A DNA stretch of 54,546 nt from Priapulus caudatus (Eukaryota), in NCBI RefSeq assembly GCF_000485595.1, contig NW_014577070.1, positions 323,940-378,485 of the forward strand, given 5' to 3'. Shown here piece after piece: positions 1 through 12,054 of the stretch. A program made the translations under genes and the position numbers. The notes beneath the pieces were generated by a model. That model did no database searches. It saw only the letters and a list, made by a program, of their open reading frames with translations, and was not told the origin of the DNA. Every line of letters begins with the position of its first letter. The stretch's first letter is position 1.

Positions 1-24
1 GCGTGCGTGCGTGCGTGCGTGCGT
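1..24. repeat. (GCGT)n microsatellite
   Basis: gcgt repeated 6 times at the window start. Confidence 0.9.
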
Positions 25-702
25 TTGTGTGTACATGTTTTGGCAGTGCGCCCTATAGTGTCTGAGTGTTACAGCGGATTTTGTTTATGAGAACATCTAA
101 TCTGCTAGCAGAAACCAGTCAAGTTCAAGAAGGAAACGTGAGCATTTAGCCTGTTATTTTTTAACGAAAACCGTAACATTGCACACTCAAGCGGTTCAAC
201 CATTCCACCGCGCAGCAAAATTCAACCATCCCCGCCCAATACTTATACAAGCGCATGAAGCTATAGACATAGCGCGATTCAACCAGTCCAGCAACCAAAC
301 ACCAACACACACGATAATTCATTTCAAATATTTAATTCCGAGCATCGGTTTAATTTCGACCAATCGCGGTACGAAATTGGCATTGATTTTCGTTTACGGG
401 CGGCAGTAAACGAATCGCGATCCGAGTCCGGATTCAACTAAAATCCCATTCCCCCGGAGACATCACAGCGCCACTTTACCCCCACAGAAGCCAGGCAGCC
501 ACGCACAGCGCCGTATCATCAATCCTGAACACATTTCCGAAAAACTACGGTCATTGAACAAATAATATACACAATCAGTGTGTCGGGCGACGGCAGCGGC
601 GCTGGGGGGCAGTTACGGCGCGAGGCAATGCGGTCGAGTGCGCATGCGCTTTGATAAGTGGATTGTAATCCGTGGGGCGCTTGCACGAGTAGAAACGAAT
701 CA

Positions 703-765
703 TGGCGCGTGTGGTTTATACCAATCGTAATAAACCGCGACCCGCTGGCGGGATCGAATCCTGTT
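703..765 (+). other. tRNA-derived Pol III promoter remnant (SINE head or tRNA pseudogene)
   Basis: A-box-like TGGCGCGTGTGG (703-714) and B-box-like GGATCGAATCC (751-761) 36 nt apart, with a weak T-stem; no full cloverleaf. Confidence 0.35.
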
Positions 766-1575
766 AAAGCTACCCTCATTGAGACCGAGACAGAGTCAAA
801 ATTGATCGGAAACACACTGCGCAAGTGCGTTTACACTTTGCACTTTTTTGATTCATCCATTGAAGTTTCAATAAGCAATGGCAAGACGGGCCTACATTGA
901 TGCAGTACGCTCACCTCTCACAATCAATGAAGCGCCAGCCACGTCAACTCTTACTTCTGTCTTCAGCATCAAATAAGGAGTATATATCATTTGTAATATT
1001 ATACCCCTGACCTTCTGCCATGCGAATGCTACATCGCACGTACCAACGAGCCCGTAAATCATTATAATACATTTATCATAATTATAATAAACCCTATAAT
1101 AATGTATAATTCTGTTAATCTATGATCTAATCGCCCTATAAAAAATCCGATGCTCTTTTACTCGTACCAACCAACATACACATTACTGACATTGGTAGTG
1201 TCAATTCCGTGACCTTCATCGGTCATAACATAAGACGACTAACAATGACGCTGACGCTAACTAATATATACACACCAGTCACGCAAAAACGACCACCATA
1301 CAATACACGAGTAATGTCTGTCGCCCTCACCTCATTACGAAACATACCTCAGTTATACTGTATACTTTTATCCACAACTTCAGTACATCACAACTACACA
1401 ACTACTACACAACTACTGCACAACACAACTACATGTGTTTTTATATATCTATGGTACAACGATGCAGCCTTGGATGTACACAGCATCAACAGAGACAGGA
1501 CGCGCGCACATCCACGTTCCACGTGCAACTACGACAAGATATTATGATTCTGTAAATGAAATCACTTTGCCGTTT

Positions 1576-1578
<3 letters not shown>

Positions 1579-1660
<82 letters not shown>
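1579..1660. repeat. (AT)n microsatellite
   Basis: perfect AT run of 82 nt. Confidence 0.98.
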
Positions 1661-1662
<2 letters not shown>

Positions 1663-2618
1663 CCGACTAACACACCTTATTGTAAAAGGTAGTGAGTGTA
1701 ATTCTGAAATAGAACTATTGTATGTGCGTGCATGCGTATGTACGCGTGCATTGTGTGTGTGTGGGAGCGTGTTTGTGTGATACAAAATTTGACGTGAAAT
1801 CTTGACGCGTCTAAAGTTAGTAGATGAATCCTTCACAAAACTTTGCGTATTTACTGAGCAAAATTGGATTTTTAGAAAGTACTAAAAGTAATGTCCCCGG
1901 GCATGAAAATGTTCGTACATCTTTTGAAGATTACGACATTGGTTTACCAGACGCATCCTCTTTAGACACATATTCGAATGTCACCGTAATTCGTGTAGGC
2001 CTATACATATAAACCTCAGCAAAAACTGCCAGCATTCTCGCGAGATGCCGCGACAAACATCTGCATCTGGAGTACGTACTCTGAGAGAACCGAAGTCGTA
2101 TTAATAAGTTATTGAGCAAATGTTCATAAGTAAAATACGCTGAATAAAATTACACTCGTCATCTAACTTATGAAAACGGAATCGTTTGGCGGCAGTAAAA
2201 ACCCGGTTCTTACTCATCTTTTACTGAATATTTTATTCCGCGCGTGGTTTCACGAGGAGAAAACAGTTCCGCTAATGCTCATATACAGAGAAGGCTTTTG
2301 TACGCACTGACATTTACTACAAATGTCCTGATACATCAGGTGAGCGGTACGGTTTACAGTCCGTTTGCAGATTTCGCGAGGGATAGTGGCAGCCGAAGCA
2401 TGAGAACGTATCGCTATAGATAAGATCAAAAATAAATTAATAGACCGCTAACAGCGCGCACGCGCTGTGCGAATAACACCTCGGAGACGAATCTCGGTCA
2501 GCAGCAAGCACAACACATTAGAAAATCATGCATCGGGGTTTATATGACCATCAGTAAGAATCATATCTAAAAATAAACACGATCGCAGCAAACAGAAGAA
2601 ACATGGTTAGGGTCGAAC

Positions 2619-2651
2619 CTTGGAGTAATCAGTCAGAATGATTACTCCAAG
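2619..2651. mobile_element. 33-bp hairpin micro-insertion (13-bp TIR, 7-bp TSD)
   Basis: gtcgaac|CTTGGAGTAATCA gtcagaa TGATTACTCCAAG|gtcgaac; TSDs 2612-2618 and 2652-2658. Confidence 0.8.
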
Positions 2652-3592
2652 GTCGAACTAAGCTCACTAACTGTATAGGCGTAAATGTTACTTTCCTCAA
2701 CACATCGCTTGATTCGCTAATAACAGACTGTTTATATCAGCGTGGCGGTAACGCCTTTGGCTAGATCGTTAAATCAGCCATCTAGCTGTTTTCATTTTTC
2801 ATTTTTACACTCCAACGCTTCGCGACGAAAAATTAACGTATGCACATGTCACAAAGGCACTGATTAGCTATTGTCGTAGCTTCATTAGGCGTAATGCTCA
2901 TCACGCTAAGATTTACATTATACTTAATATAATTTCGATTTAAATAAAGAATAATACTCCCGACGCCGACAGCTGCACACGTAACGGCGGCGGCCGCATG
3001 TCAGCATACAACAGCCAACAATTAACAGTGTTTCCACACAACGTATAGCGAGATCACATCTAATCCGCCGAATGACAATTTCTCAAACTCACGGCGCGTC
3101 CGATTACGACCTTCACGACCTCTGGCGTTTTCCATGCCGTGGCTTACTTTGAGAAAAAAAATTCTTACTCTTTTGCCTCGGGAGGCAATTTTCGCCTTGA
3201 CAGAATAAAAAAAAACCTAGGCGGTAAGCGTGTACACCCCCCCCAACCTCCACCCAGATGACGCAGCGTGGCATTTCGCGTAGACGCCATGTTGTCGTAG
3301 GGCCGACTATATCAACTTCTGTCAGCTTCGTTCGTCACGCACCCACACGCGCGCGCATGCACCCAAACACGATTGCACGCGCACACACACGCACGCGCAC
3401 ACACACGCTCGCACGCTTGTGCGTGCGTGTGTGATTTTAGCTCTAGTACTATAGCCCGCGTACAGTAACTGCCGCTCGGCCGCAGCGCAGTCCTCAGAAG
3501 CATATAGCTGTGGTGCTCGTAGCCGACAACAAGTTCGTCCATCTTTAAGCTTTGATTGAAGAAGAATTACGCTTCAATTTCAGCGATGGGCT

Positions 3593-3870
3593 CATCTCTC
3601 CTCTTCTCTCTCGTCTTCATCCATCTCCATCTCTGCTCATCTCTCCTCTCTCATCCTCTCTCATGTCACAAACTCTCTCTCTCCTCTCATCTCTCTCTCA
3701 GAACGATCTCGTCATCTACTGCTCTCTCTCTCTCTTCTCTCTCTACCCCTCGTCATCTTCTCCTCTCTCTCTCATCATCTCTCATCACTCTCCTCGTTCT
3801 TCTTCCATCCTCTCTCTCCCCTCTCCCTCGTCTCCTCTCGCTCTCCTTCCTTCTCTCTCTCTCTCCTGTC
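3593..3870. repeat. degenerate (CT)n tract running into a gap
   Basis: CT-rich low complexity next to the N run. Confidence 0.9.
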
Positions 3871-4388
3871 NNNNNNNNNNNNNNNNNNNNNNNNNNNNNN
3901 NNNNNNNNNNNNNNNNNNNNNNNNNNNNNNNNNNNNNNNNNNNNNNNNNNNNNNNNNNNNNNNNNNNNNNNNNNNNNNNNNNNNNNNNNNNNNNNNNNNN
4001 NNNNNNNNNNNNNNNNNNNNNNNNNNNNNNNNNNNNNNNNNNNNNNNNNNNNNNNNNNNNNNNNNNNNNNNNNNNNNNNNNNNNNNNNNNNNNNNNNNNN
4101 NNNNNNNNNNNNNNNNNNNNNNNNNNNNNNNNNNNNNNNNNNNNNNNNNNNNNNNNNNNNNNNNNNNNNNNNNNNNNNNNNNNNNNNNNNNNNNNNNNNN
4201 NNNNNNNNNNNNNNNNNNNNNNNNNNNNNNNNNNNNNNNNNNNNNNNNNNNNNNNNNNNNNNNNNNNNNNNNNNNNNNNNNNNNNNNNNNNNNNNNNNNN
4301 NNNNNNNNNNNNNNNNNNNNNNNNNNNNNNNNNNNNNNNNNNNNNNNNNNNNNNNNNNNNNNNNNNNNNNNNNNNNNNNNNNNNNNNN
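3871..4388. other. assembly gap
   Basis: N run. Confidence 1.

Positions 4389-4427
<39 letters not shown>
4389..4427. repeat. (GA)n microsatellite
   Basis: GA run after the gap. Confidence 0.95.
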
Positions 4428-4430
<3 letters not shown>

Positions 4431-6134
4431 GCCCATCATCAATCTGAAGCGAATTCCGTTAGCCTGTGCGTGTGTGTGTTTGTTGAGCGTGCGTACTTTG
4501 GTAAAACCGGGGTCATTTCGTATACCGACTGCACGAAAAAAAGATAATCGCGGGAAGCTTACGGGAGTCTCAGAGAGGAAGGAACTACCCTTTACACCCT
4601 TACAACTGTACCGGCTACACCCTTTAAGGATACTCTCAACCTTTTGTACGGGTATTGCTCTAATGAAGATTAAAAGAATAATACGTCCATTGATTATGCA
4701 ATGTTGACGAATGCTAGAGTAACTGGCCCCTTCTGTAGTTAATAAGTACATTACCTTATAGCCAAACGCGTATTAGTTTGTCCAATATCACTGCTGGTTA
4801 CTAAGAAATGTCTAATTGAAATCCGCAGTCCAAAAATCCGTTGGCTACAGTTTCAAACCGCTGCCGGCGAAGTGAGTGTGATAGAGATTTATAGTGCACC
4901 GGACATTTTCACATAATGCACACGAACGCATGCTCGGCCGTACCTAATGCTAGCGATAGTACAGTACCGTAACTGTATACGTAACAGTAGCTCCGATTGC
5001 AATGAACGTGGACGAATCACGGACGCTCGTGATAATGAAGTAGGCTGTGTTGGGAGCCAACACTATGGGGGGATCGCGGACTAACCCCGGCCACAGACTA
5101 AACATGGAAAGCAGACGGCACTACGCGTATTTACGTATATTGGTCAAACGAATACACCTGCGTCCGAAATTGAAGAGATGTGGGTACCCGTTCATTAGCA
5201 CCCACGGTTATTTACTTGTGCCTCAATACCCAGATGAGAGACCGGATACCAGAGAAGCGTCGCCTGAGAGGTGTTGATCCTGCCCGCTGAGCAAGGATCT
5301 TGCGCGCAGTTCCGCGGCAAGGCGCACGCGACCGCGGGAACGTCCTGCGAAAGTATCACGCGCTGGCAGCTATTGATCCGTGCGCCAAATCGAAAGGCCG
5401 ACGCGCGGAAAGATGTCAGCCTCCATGACTTGTAGCCAAAATCCCCAATTCTCTAACAAAAACTTTCCCGAACTTTCTGTAAGTTAGGTCAAAGTAGTTT
5501 TTTAGTATGTTTTCTTTAAAACAACATAGGTTTGAATGAATTAACCCAAATATGATGCCGTTTCTTGACTAATTTGCTTTGACTGAAGAAAACCTTTAAA
5601 ACAAGAGAACAAACGCCATTTAGAAATGTTCAAGGAAATGTTTGTTTTGGTTTATGACCGCTAGATAAGTAAGTTTTCTGATGTATTTTCCATGAAAAAC
5701 ACAGATTTTACTCATTAATATAACATATATCACTATAATTGCAATTCGTTCTGCAAATTTGTTATTTTCATCTTAATCTTAAGTTATGAGAGAGTCTGGG
5801 CTAATACTATAGTTATAGCTGCCGAGTTTCTGTTTATGTTCGTGCCGTGGACCGATTAGTTTACGTTTCAGCTGACCTCAGGGTTAAACACTAGGCTACT
5901 ATAGTACAGTACTACTACGAGTACTACTACTACTAGCGTCAACGAGTACGAGTACGTATAGCTCTGGTACCGTCGTAGCTCTAGTACTGTCGTACAGAGG
6001 CGCCGGAAGTGGGGGTGCAGGGGGGGGGGCGGCCGCCCCTCCAATTCAAAAAGTGGGAGGGGGGCAAAACCAAAAAGACCCCCCCCAAAAAAAACGTAAG
6101 GGAAAGTAAAAAATAAAAATAAGTATGAGCTAAG

Positions 6135-6925
6135 NNNNNNNNNNNNNNNNNNNNNNNNNNNNNNNNNNNNNNNNNNNNNNNNNNNNNNNNNNNNNNNNNN
6201 NNNNNNNNNNNNNNNNNNNNNNNNNNNNNNNNNNNNNNNNNNNNNNNNNNNNNNNNNNNNNNNNNNNNNNNNNNNNNNNNNNNNNNNNNNNNNNNNNNNN
6301 NNNNNNNNNNNNNNNNNNNNNNNNNNNNNNNNNNNNNNNNNNNNNNNNNNNNNNNNNNNNNNNNNNNNNNNNNNNNNNNNNNNNNNNNNNNNNNNNNNNN
6401 NNNNNNNNNNNNNNNNNNNNNNNNNNNNNNNNNNNNNNNNNNNNNNNNNNNNNNNNNNNNNNNNNNNNNNNNNNNNNNNNNNNNNNNNNNNNNNNNNNNN
6501 NNNNNNNNNNNNNNNNNNNNNNNNNNNNNNNNNNNNNNNNNNNNNNNNNNNNNNNNNNNNNNNNNNNNNNNNNNNNNNNNNNNNNNNNNNNNNNNNNNNN
6601 NNNNNNNNNNNNNNNNNNNNNNNNNNNNNNNNNNNNNNNNNNNNNNNNNNNNNNNNNNNNNNNNNNNNNNNNNNNNNNNNNNNNNNNNNNNNNNNNNNNN
6701 NNNNNNNNNNNNNNNNNNNNNNNNNNNNNNNNNNNNNNNNNNNNNNNNNNNNNNNNNNNNNNNNNNNNNNNNNNNNNNNNNNNNNNNNNNNNNNNNNNNN
6801 NNNNNNNNNNNNNNNNNNNNNNNNNNNNNNNNNNNNNNNNNNNNNNNNNNNNNNNNNNNNNNNNNNNNNNNNNNNNNNNNNNNNNNNNNNNNNNNNNNNN
6901 NNNNNNNNNNNNNNNNNNNNNNNNN
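6135..6925. other. assembly gap
   Basis: N run. Confidence 1.
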
Positions 6926-7328
6926 CACACACGTCGCACACACGCGCTCACGCACACACGCGCTCACGCACACGCGCTCACAACACACACACGCGCTCAC
7001 CGCACACACGCGCTCACGCACACACGCGCTCACGCACACACGTCGCACACACGCGCTCACACACACACGCGCTCACACACACACGCGCTCACACACACAC
7101 GCGCTCACGCACACACGCGCTCACGCACACACGTTGCACATACGCGCTCACGCACACACGTTGCACATACGCGCTCACACGTTGCACATACGCACTCACG
7201 CACACACGTCACACACATGCGCTCACGCACACACGCGCTCACGCACCCACGTCGCACACACGCGCTCACGCACACACGTCGCACACACGCGCTCACGCAC
7301 ACACGTCGCGCACACGCGCTCCCGCACG
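6926..7328. repeat. CA/CG minisatellite (cacacgcgctcacgca-type) inside element D
   Basis: tandem 14-26 bp variant units. Confidence 0.9.
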
Positions 7329-10300
7329 TGAAAAAAAATCGTGAGCCCCCTTAGGTCTTTGTCCCCCCCCAATCCAAAACTGCTTCCGGCGCGCCTGCTG
7401 TCGTAGATCTTCGCTCCTTCCTCCTGCGACGAAGGACTACGACTACGAGTGCGTACGACTACGTACGTATGTAGGCTAGTATTACGAGAGCCCAGACCGT
7501 CTCATGAAAATAATGAGCTCAGATGAAAATAATACATTTGCAGAAATAATTGCAATTATAGTGATATTATATGTTATATTAAAGCGATCATTTCGAGTTT
7601 TTCCCAGCATTTTTTAGTGTTTATTCTCACTCTCATGATGCCTACCGTTGTTGCTTGAGTAACAGTAATTGTTTCAAATAACAATAAAATGTCTTAGAAC
7701 CTCATGCAAAGACAAAATCATGCACGATTACAATTTTGCGTTCTCTTATTGATTTTCGCTGTCATGTCTCGCACTTTCTCGCGGTACCGCGAGACGTCAA
7801 CAAGGGTGCAGTAATGCAAAAATTGCACCGGCGATATTTTTGGTCAGATGTAAACACAGAGGTGCATAGTAATTAGTAGCGTAACAGTACTAACACAAAT
7901 AAGGAGTGTAAGTTGTAACCTCATAAATGTTAGTCTTCAAAAGTTGTTTGATTTGTATTCACCCGCTCACACACTCTCCGCTGCACCTCGTTGCGTACGG
8001 CCAGCGAGAATACTTATCACACACAATTAGATGCCCCTTTGTTTTAATTATGTTTGCTTGTTTGAGACGCCATTTGTGATTTTTGAAAGTCCGGACTCGA
8101 AAAAATGTATTGCTGGTATGATGTGGTCAAATCAATTTTTCTATGCTATAACTGCATAAAATATTGGTGTTTTGACTGTTGGTGTAATCAGTGATATTTT
8201 CGCTGTCAGGCGAGACAATATTCAGCTATATTTAGTTTTTCTGAGCAAAATTCTCGCAATGATCGTTTTAATGAGTAAAATATGTGTTTTTCATGGAAAA
8301 TACATCAGAAAACTTACTTATCTAGCGGTCATAAACCAAAACAAACATTTCCTTGAACATTTCCTAATGGCGTTTGTTCTCTGTTTTTAAAGGGTTTCTT
8401 CAGTCAAAGCAAATCAGTCAAGAAACGGCATCATATTTGGGTTAATTCACTCAAACCCATGTTGTTTTACAGAAAACATACTAAAAAACTACGTTGACCT
8501 AACTTACAGAAAGTTCGGGAAAGTTTTTGGTAGATCATTGGGAATTTTGGCTACAAGTCATGGAGGCTGACATCTTGCCAAATTCCAGCCAATCAGAAGG
8601 CGCCTAAATCCTTCCTATGTTATACCGTTTGGGAAAAAAAATTTCGCGGCCGGCGCACGGATCAATTGCTGCCAGCGAACAGTCTCGAATTTTAACATAA
8701 TTTTAGCATAATGTTAGCTCATTAGTCGTTATAAGCATTCCGGGACAAACAATTCTCTGCTCAACACCCGTAGCAACATGTGGCGTCACTTAACCGTATC
8801 GAGGCTATTTAGCTCGGCAAACAATTTAGCGTTGGCGCCAGATTACCCGATTTACGGATTTCAATTAGACATTTCTTAGTAATTAGCAGTGATATTGGAA
8901 AAAAACTAATACGCGCTTGGCTATAAGGTAATGTACTTATTAACTACACAAGGTGCCAGTTACTCTAGCATTCGTTAACATTGCATAATCAATAGACCTA
9001 TTATGCCTTTAAACGCTTATTGGCGAATGAATCTAATCAATCACTTGTTTTATTTATAGAGGAGATATATCTCTATGCTCAAGCCAAAAAATGTCATGAA
9101 ATTTCCAGCACCTAATTATGTTACCACACAAATTTTTAATTTTTATGTAAAAATGGTATTTTGGATATTTCTCAACTACCAGAAAGAGTGAGGATACAAA
9201 ATTTTCGCCACATGTTAAGCACAATATGGACCAAAATAGCGCATCAGGATTTTTTTTAAAGTTTCATATTTACCGAGAAAAATTGAAAAAACTGCTTAAA
9301 AATCAAGTTGTGTTGGAATTGAAAATTTTAGCGAATAAAGAGACATAACTAATAAAATACGGCACTTAATAACAATCCCTGGCGCCCTTTTTTACAGCAA
9401 TATGTTACCATTAAAACGAGTGTAAAATTAAATCCACCCGAGTTGTAATAACAGAGAAATATCCATTTATACGTCGGCTACTATGTCAGAAATCGAAACG
9501 GAGAAATAATCGTTTTTCTATTTTTCACAATGATCGACCGCCTGTGTGCAAAATGGGTGAACGTATGTGAAACATCTACTGTTAGTACTTACTGTAACAT
9601 ATCCATGACTAACTGACACCACTAAATTGGTAATATGTTCCATGCACCTTGAGAAATTGTGAGAAATTACGCGGTTACCACCGCACTTTCATGCAAAACG
9701 CACGTACGATGTGTACTGCATGCTGTTACTAAGCTATGTGTCAACAAACACGCGCCTAAATGCTAGGTGTGTAACAAGGGAGACGGGGCTATTTTCAGTC
9801 GCGCGGCAATTTCAACTAACACTGGCAGATGACAGCTGTAGGAGGGATGATGCTGAATGATACTGGCTTAGTGAATATCATGAACTCTGGTTGTATCATG
9901 TCTCTGATGTCATCAGTGACGTCAGCTGCTGCTCACTACACGTGTACGCGTGCAATCAAAACGCTCTAAGTTTACATGTACCGTTATATGGAGAAATGAG
10001 CATATACAGAGGTGGCACATAGTGTTAGCCATCGAATAAAGTTGAAAAAGAAAAAATCGGTAAAATTTTGCCTAAAACCTTGAGAGTATCCTTAAACATT
10101 TCTAATTTCCGGTGACCAGACGCTGGAATTTCGCGCGCAAACTACACGCGTATATAGTCACATATATTAATTAACACATAATTATTAATTCGAACTTCGA
10201 AGTGATAATAACAGGAGTACATAAACAAGGTATCGTGATGGTTGTGTTTGTTACATGGTATGTTATTTTACGTTACATTTTGCTCTAGCGTGTGGTCCTG

Positions 10301-10573
10301 ATGAAATAGTAACATCGAAGCACGCCAGAAATCGTTAGATTCGGTGGCCTTGAATTAATAACGTATTAACGGGGCCTAACGTATTCGTTCAACATTCAGT
10401 TGCGACAACCAACAAACCAAGACAATTAATTAACGCTGCGCAGAAAATCACGCCACTAAGTCGCTAGCAGACAGAGAGGCGAGTGTGCCGCCCTCTAACG
10501 CCCCCCTCACACAATCCCCACATCGCACACAGTTGCTCCTATGATTGCTAAATACATCCGTCACACGTATCAA

Positions 10574-10662
10574 TGCACGCACGCACGCAATCATGCACGC
10601 ACGCATGTACTCACTCACTCACGCACACACGCACGCATGCACGCACGCACGCACGCACGCAC
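10574..10662. repeat. (GCAC)n microsatellite
   Basis: imperfect gcac runs. Confidence 0.85.
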
Positions 10663-11349
10663 ATACTTCATCACCAATTTTTTTCAGCGCAATGGCATCG
10701 AGTGATAAGCTCGTCGCATCACCTCACATGAGTTAGTGCATCGAACCTCCATCCAGTAGATGCGGTCCAAGCTTCCGCTGCACACACATGGCTTCTCTGG
10801 CAATCTTTCCGCGGGTACGCGCACCTTCCATTTAAACTCCTGCTACGATGACATGTGCGCGTCACCTGTTTCCGACAAACTTGCTTCGCTAATTACCGAA
10901 GCCCGAGTACGGGTAAAGGTTACGACAATCAAGACATGTTTTGATTAAGACCGATGGCCTTAGCTTCCCTTCCGCTCGGCTGCGAGCAAGCTACGGGCAC
11001 GACGACATTGTCAACGGCGGGCGTGCAGGCGGTCGCGATATCAGCAGAACACAGCAGGCATGCACGCATATTGCGATCTCGGTTTCGACAATTAATCACG
11101 TGGAATTATAGGTTAGCATATATATAAAGATTATATATCACTGCGGCATAAAATCACGTTGATTGCGTAATGACTGCGGCGAATGCGAGAACGGTGAAGG
11201 TGGAGTGGTCATGGACGGTTAATCGCAGCTTAATCATACAGCGCGTGTTTTTCTTAATTATTTTCCGGTCATTTTAGTTTATCATTCGGCGTAATAACAC
11301 ACGAGACAACGCTTCATTCGAGATGCATAATTTGATAATGATTTTGATT

Positions 11350-11611
11350 GCAATTGGTTCATTGAACCCGAAAATGTTGGTTTAGATGCCAAGATCATGT
11401 TTCTATGCTAAATATTAGCTGAAATATGAAGGATAATCGATTTTAATGGCGGCAATTTTGAAATTCAAGATGGCAGCCAGATACCCACATACCTCGATGG
11501 AGATGAGATCTAATATGAATGTACAATATTAAACTATTTATGTGCCAACTTTCACACTTTTGTCAAAAGGTGCTCAATTCATACGATTTATAGCTCTTAG
11601 CTGCTGTACTA
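11350..11611. mobile_element. DNA-transposon end fragment, possibly Academ-type
   Basis: ends CTTAGCTGCTGTACTA (reverse complement TAGTACAGCAGCTAAG, a TAG terminus) with a subterminal ggcggcaattttgaaattcaagatggcagcc module; partner end not found. Confidence 0.3.
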
Positions 11612-12054
11612 GTATGGGGCCAGACGTCTAAGACCAGTGCAGACCAGTAGGTGACTTCTTCGTTTATTATTTTCAAATAACACATTTGGACCAGTGTGAC
11701 GTAGCACGACTACTAAAGCTACAGAGCCAATGACCTCCAGATAAGTTGGTAGAGATTCAGAGGAGCAGAGCAAGAAACCGCCAGTGTACTGGAGTGAGGT
11801 TTCTTGAGTGTCTCTCTCCTAGCTCCTATTGCTATCTTAGCGGAAAATGAAGTACGTCTTTCAAAGTCGTGCAAAACAAACAAACCAAAAAATGTCAACA
11901 AAGAAATACAGTAGAGTAACCATGTACTATTACTAAACAGCAGCAACCCTGGAGTATGATTCGGAAAAAAAACATTTTCGATCGCTCTTGTACGTACCTT
12001 CTTTTATCACGTTGCCAAGGCGCTTACACAATCACAGGACATATCATATAATAA

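Larger units (their letters stand above)
5995..7397. mobile_element. non-autonomous hAT-like element D (innermost)
   Basis: ctgtcgta|CAGAGGCGCCGGAAG...CTTCCGGCGCGCCTG|ctgtcgta; 8-bp TSD (5987-5994, 7398-7405), CAG termini, TIR 13/15. Confidence 0.85.
5719..7578. mobile_element. TIR element C inserted at a TTAA in the left inverted module of B
   Basis: imperfect TIRs 5719-5802 and 7489-7578, TTAA at 5715-5718 and 7579-7582; removing it gives ctcattaaagcgatc, matching the uninterrupted right module (reverse complement of about 8261-8275). Confidence 0.7.
4674..9008. mobile_element. non-autonomous fold-back transposon B, Kolobok-like, inside A
   Basis: TTAA at 4670-4673 and 9009-9012; about 150-bp TIRs 4674-4825 and 8855-9008; internal inverted modules 5361-5386/8652-8677 and 5410-5718/8268-8576. 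Confidence 0.8.
4628..10091. mobile_element. non-autonomous DNA transposon A, Kolobok-like (outer element of nest)
   Basis: ttaa|GGATACTCTCAA...TTGAGAGTATCC|ttaa: perfect 12-bp TIR, TTAA at 4624-4627 and 10092-10095; RR..YY termini with TTAA TSD match the Kolobok superfamily; no transposase ORF seen. Confidence 0.75.

Noticed and set aside
915..1028. Possible minus-strand exon ending GAG|gtgagc
   Set aside because: Acceptor lacks a pyrimidine tract and the translation is unrecognisable.
1875..1985. Possible plus-strand exon (tttttag|...ACC|gtaatt)
   Set aside because: Weak splice sites, no recognisable homology, no neighbouring exons.
7777..7794. 18-bp perfect palindrome tctcgcggtaccgcgaga
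   Set aside because: Isolated, inside transposon B, with no TSD or second copy; no function can be supported.
10288..10325. Possible hammerhead ribozyme gcgtg..CTGATGA..GAAg cacgc
   Set aside because: GAAA core is broken, stems I and II do not form, and there is no valid UH cleavage site.
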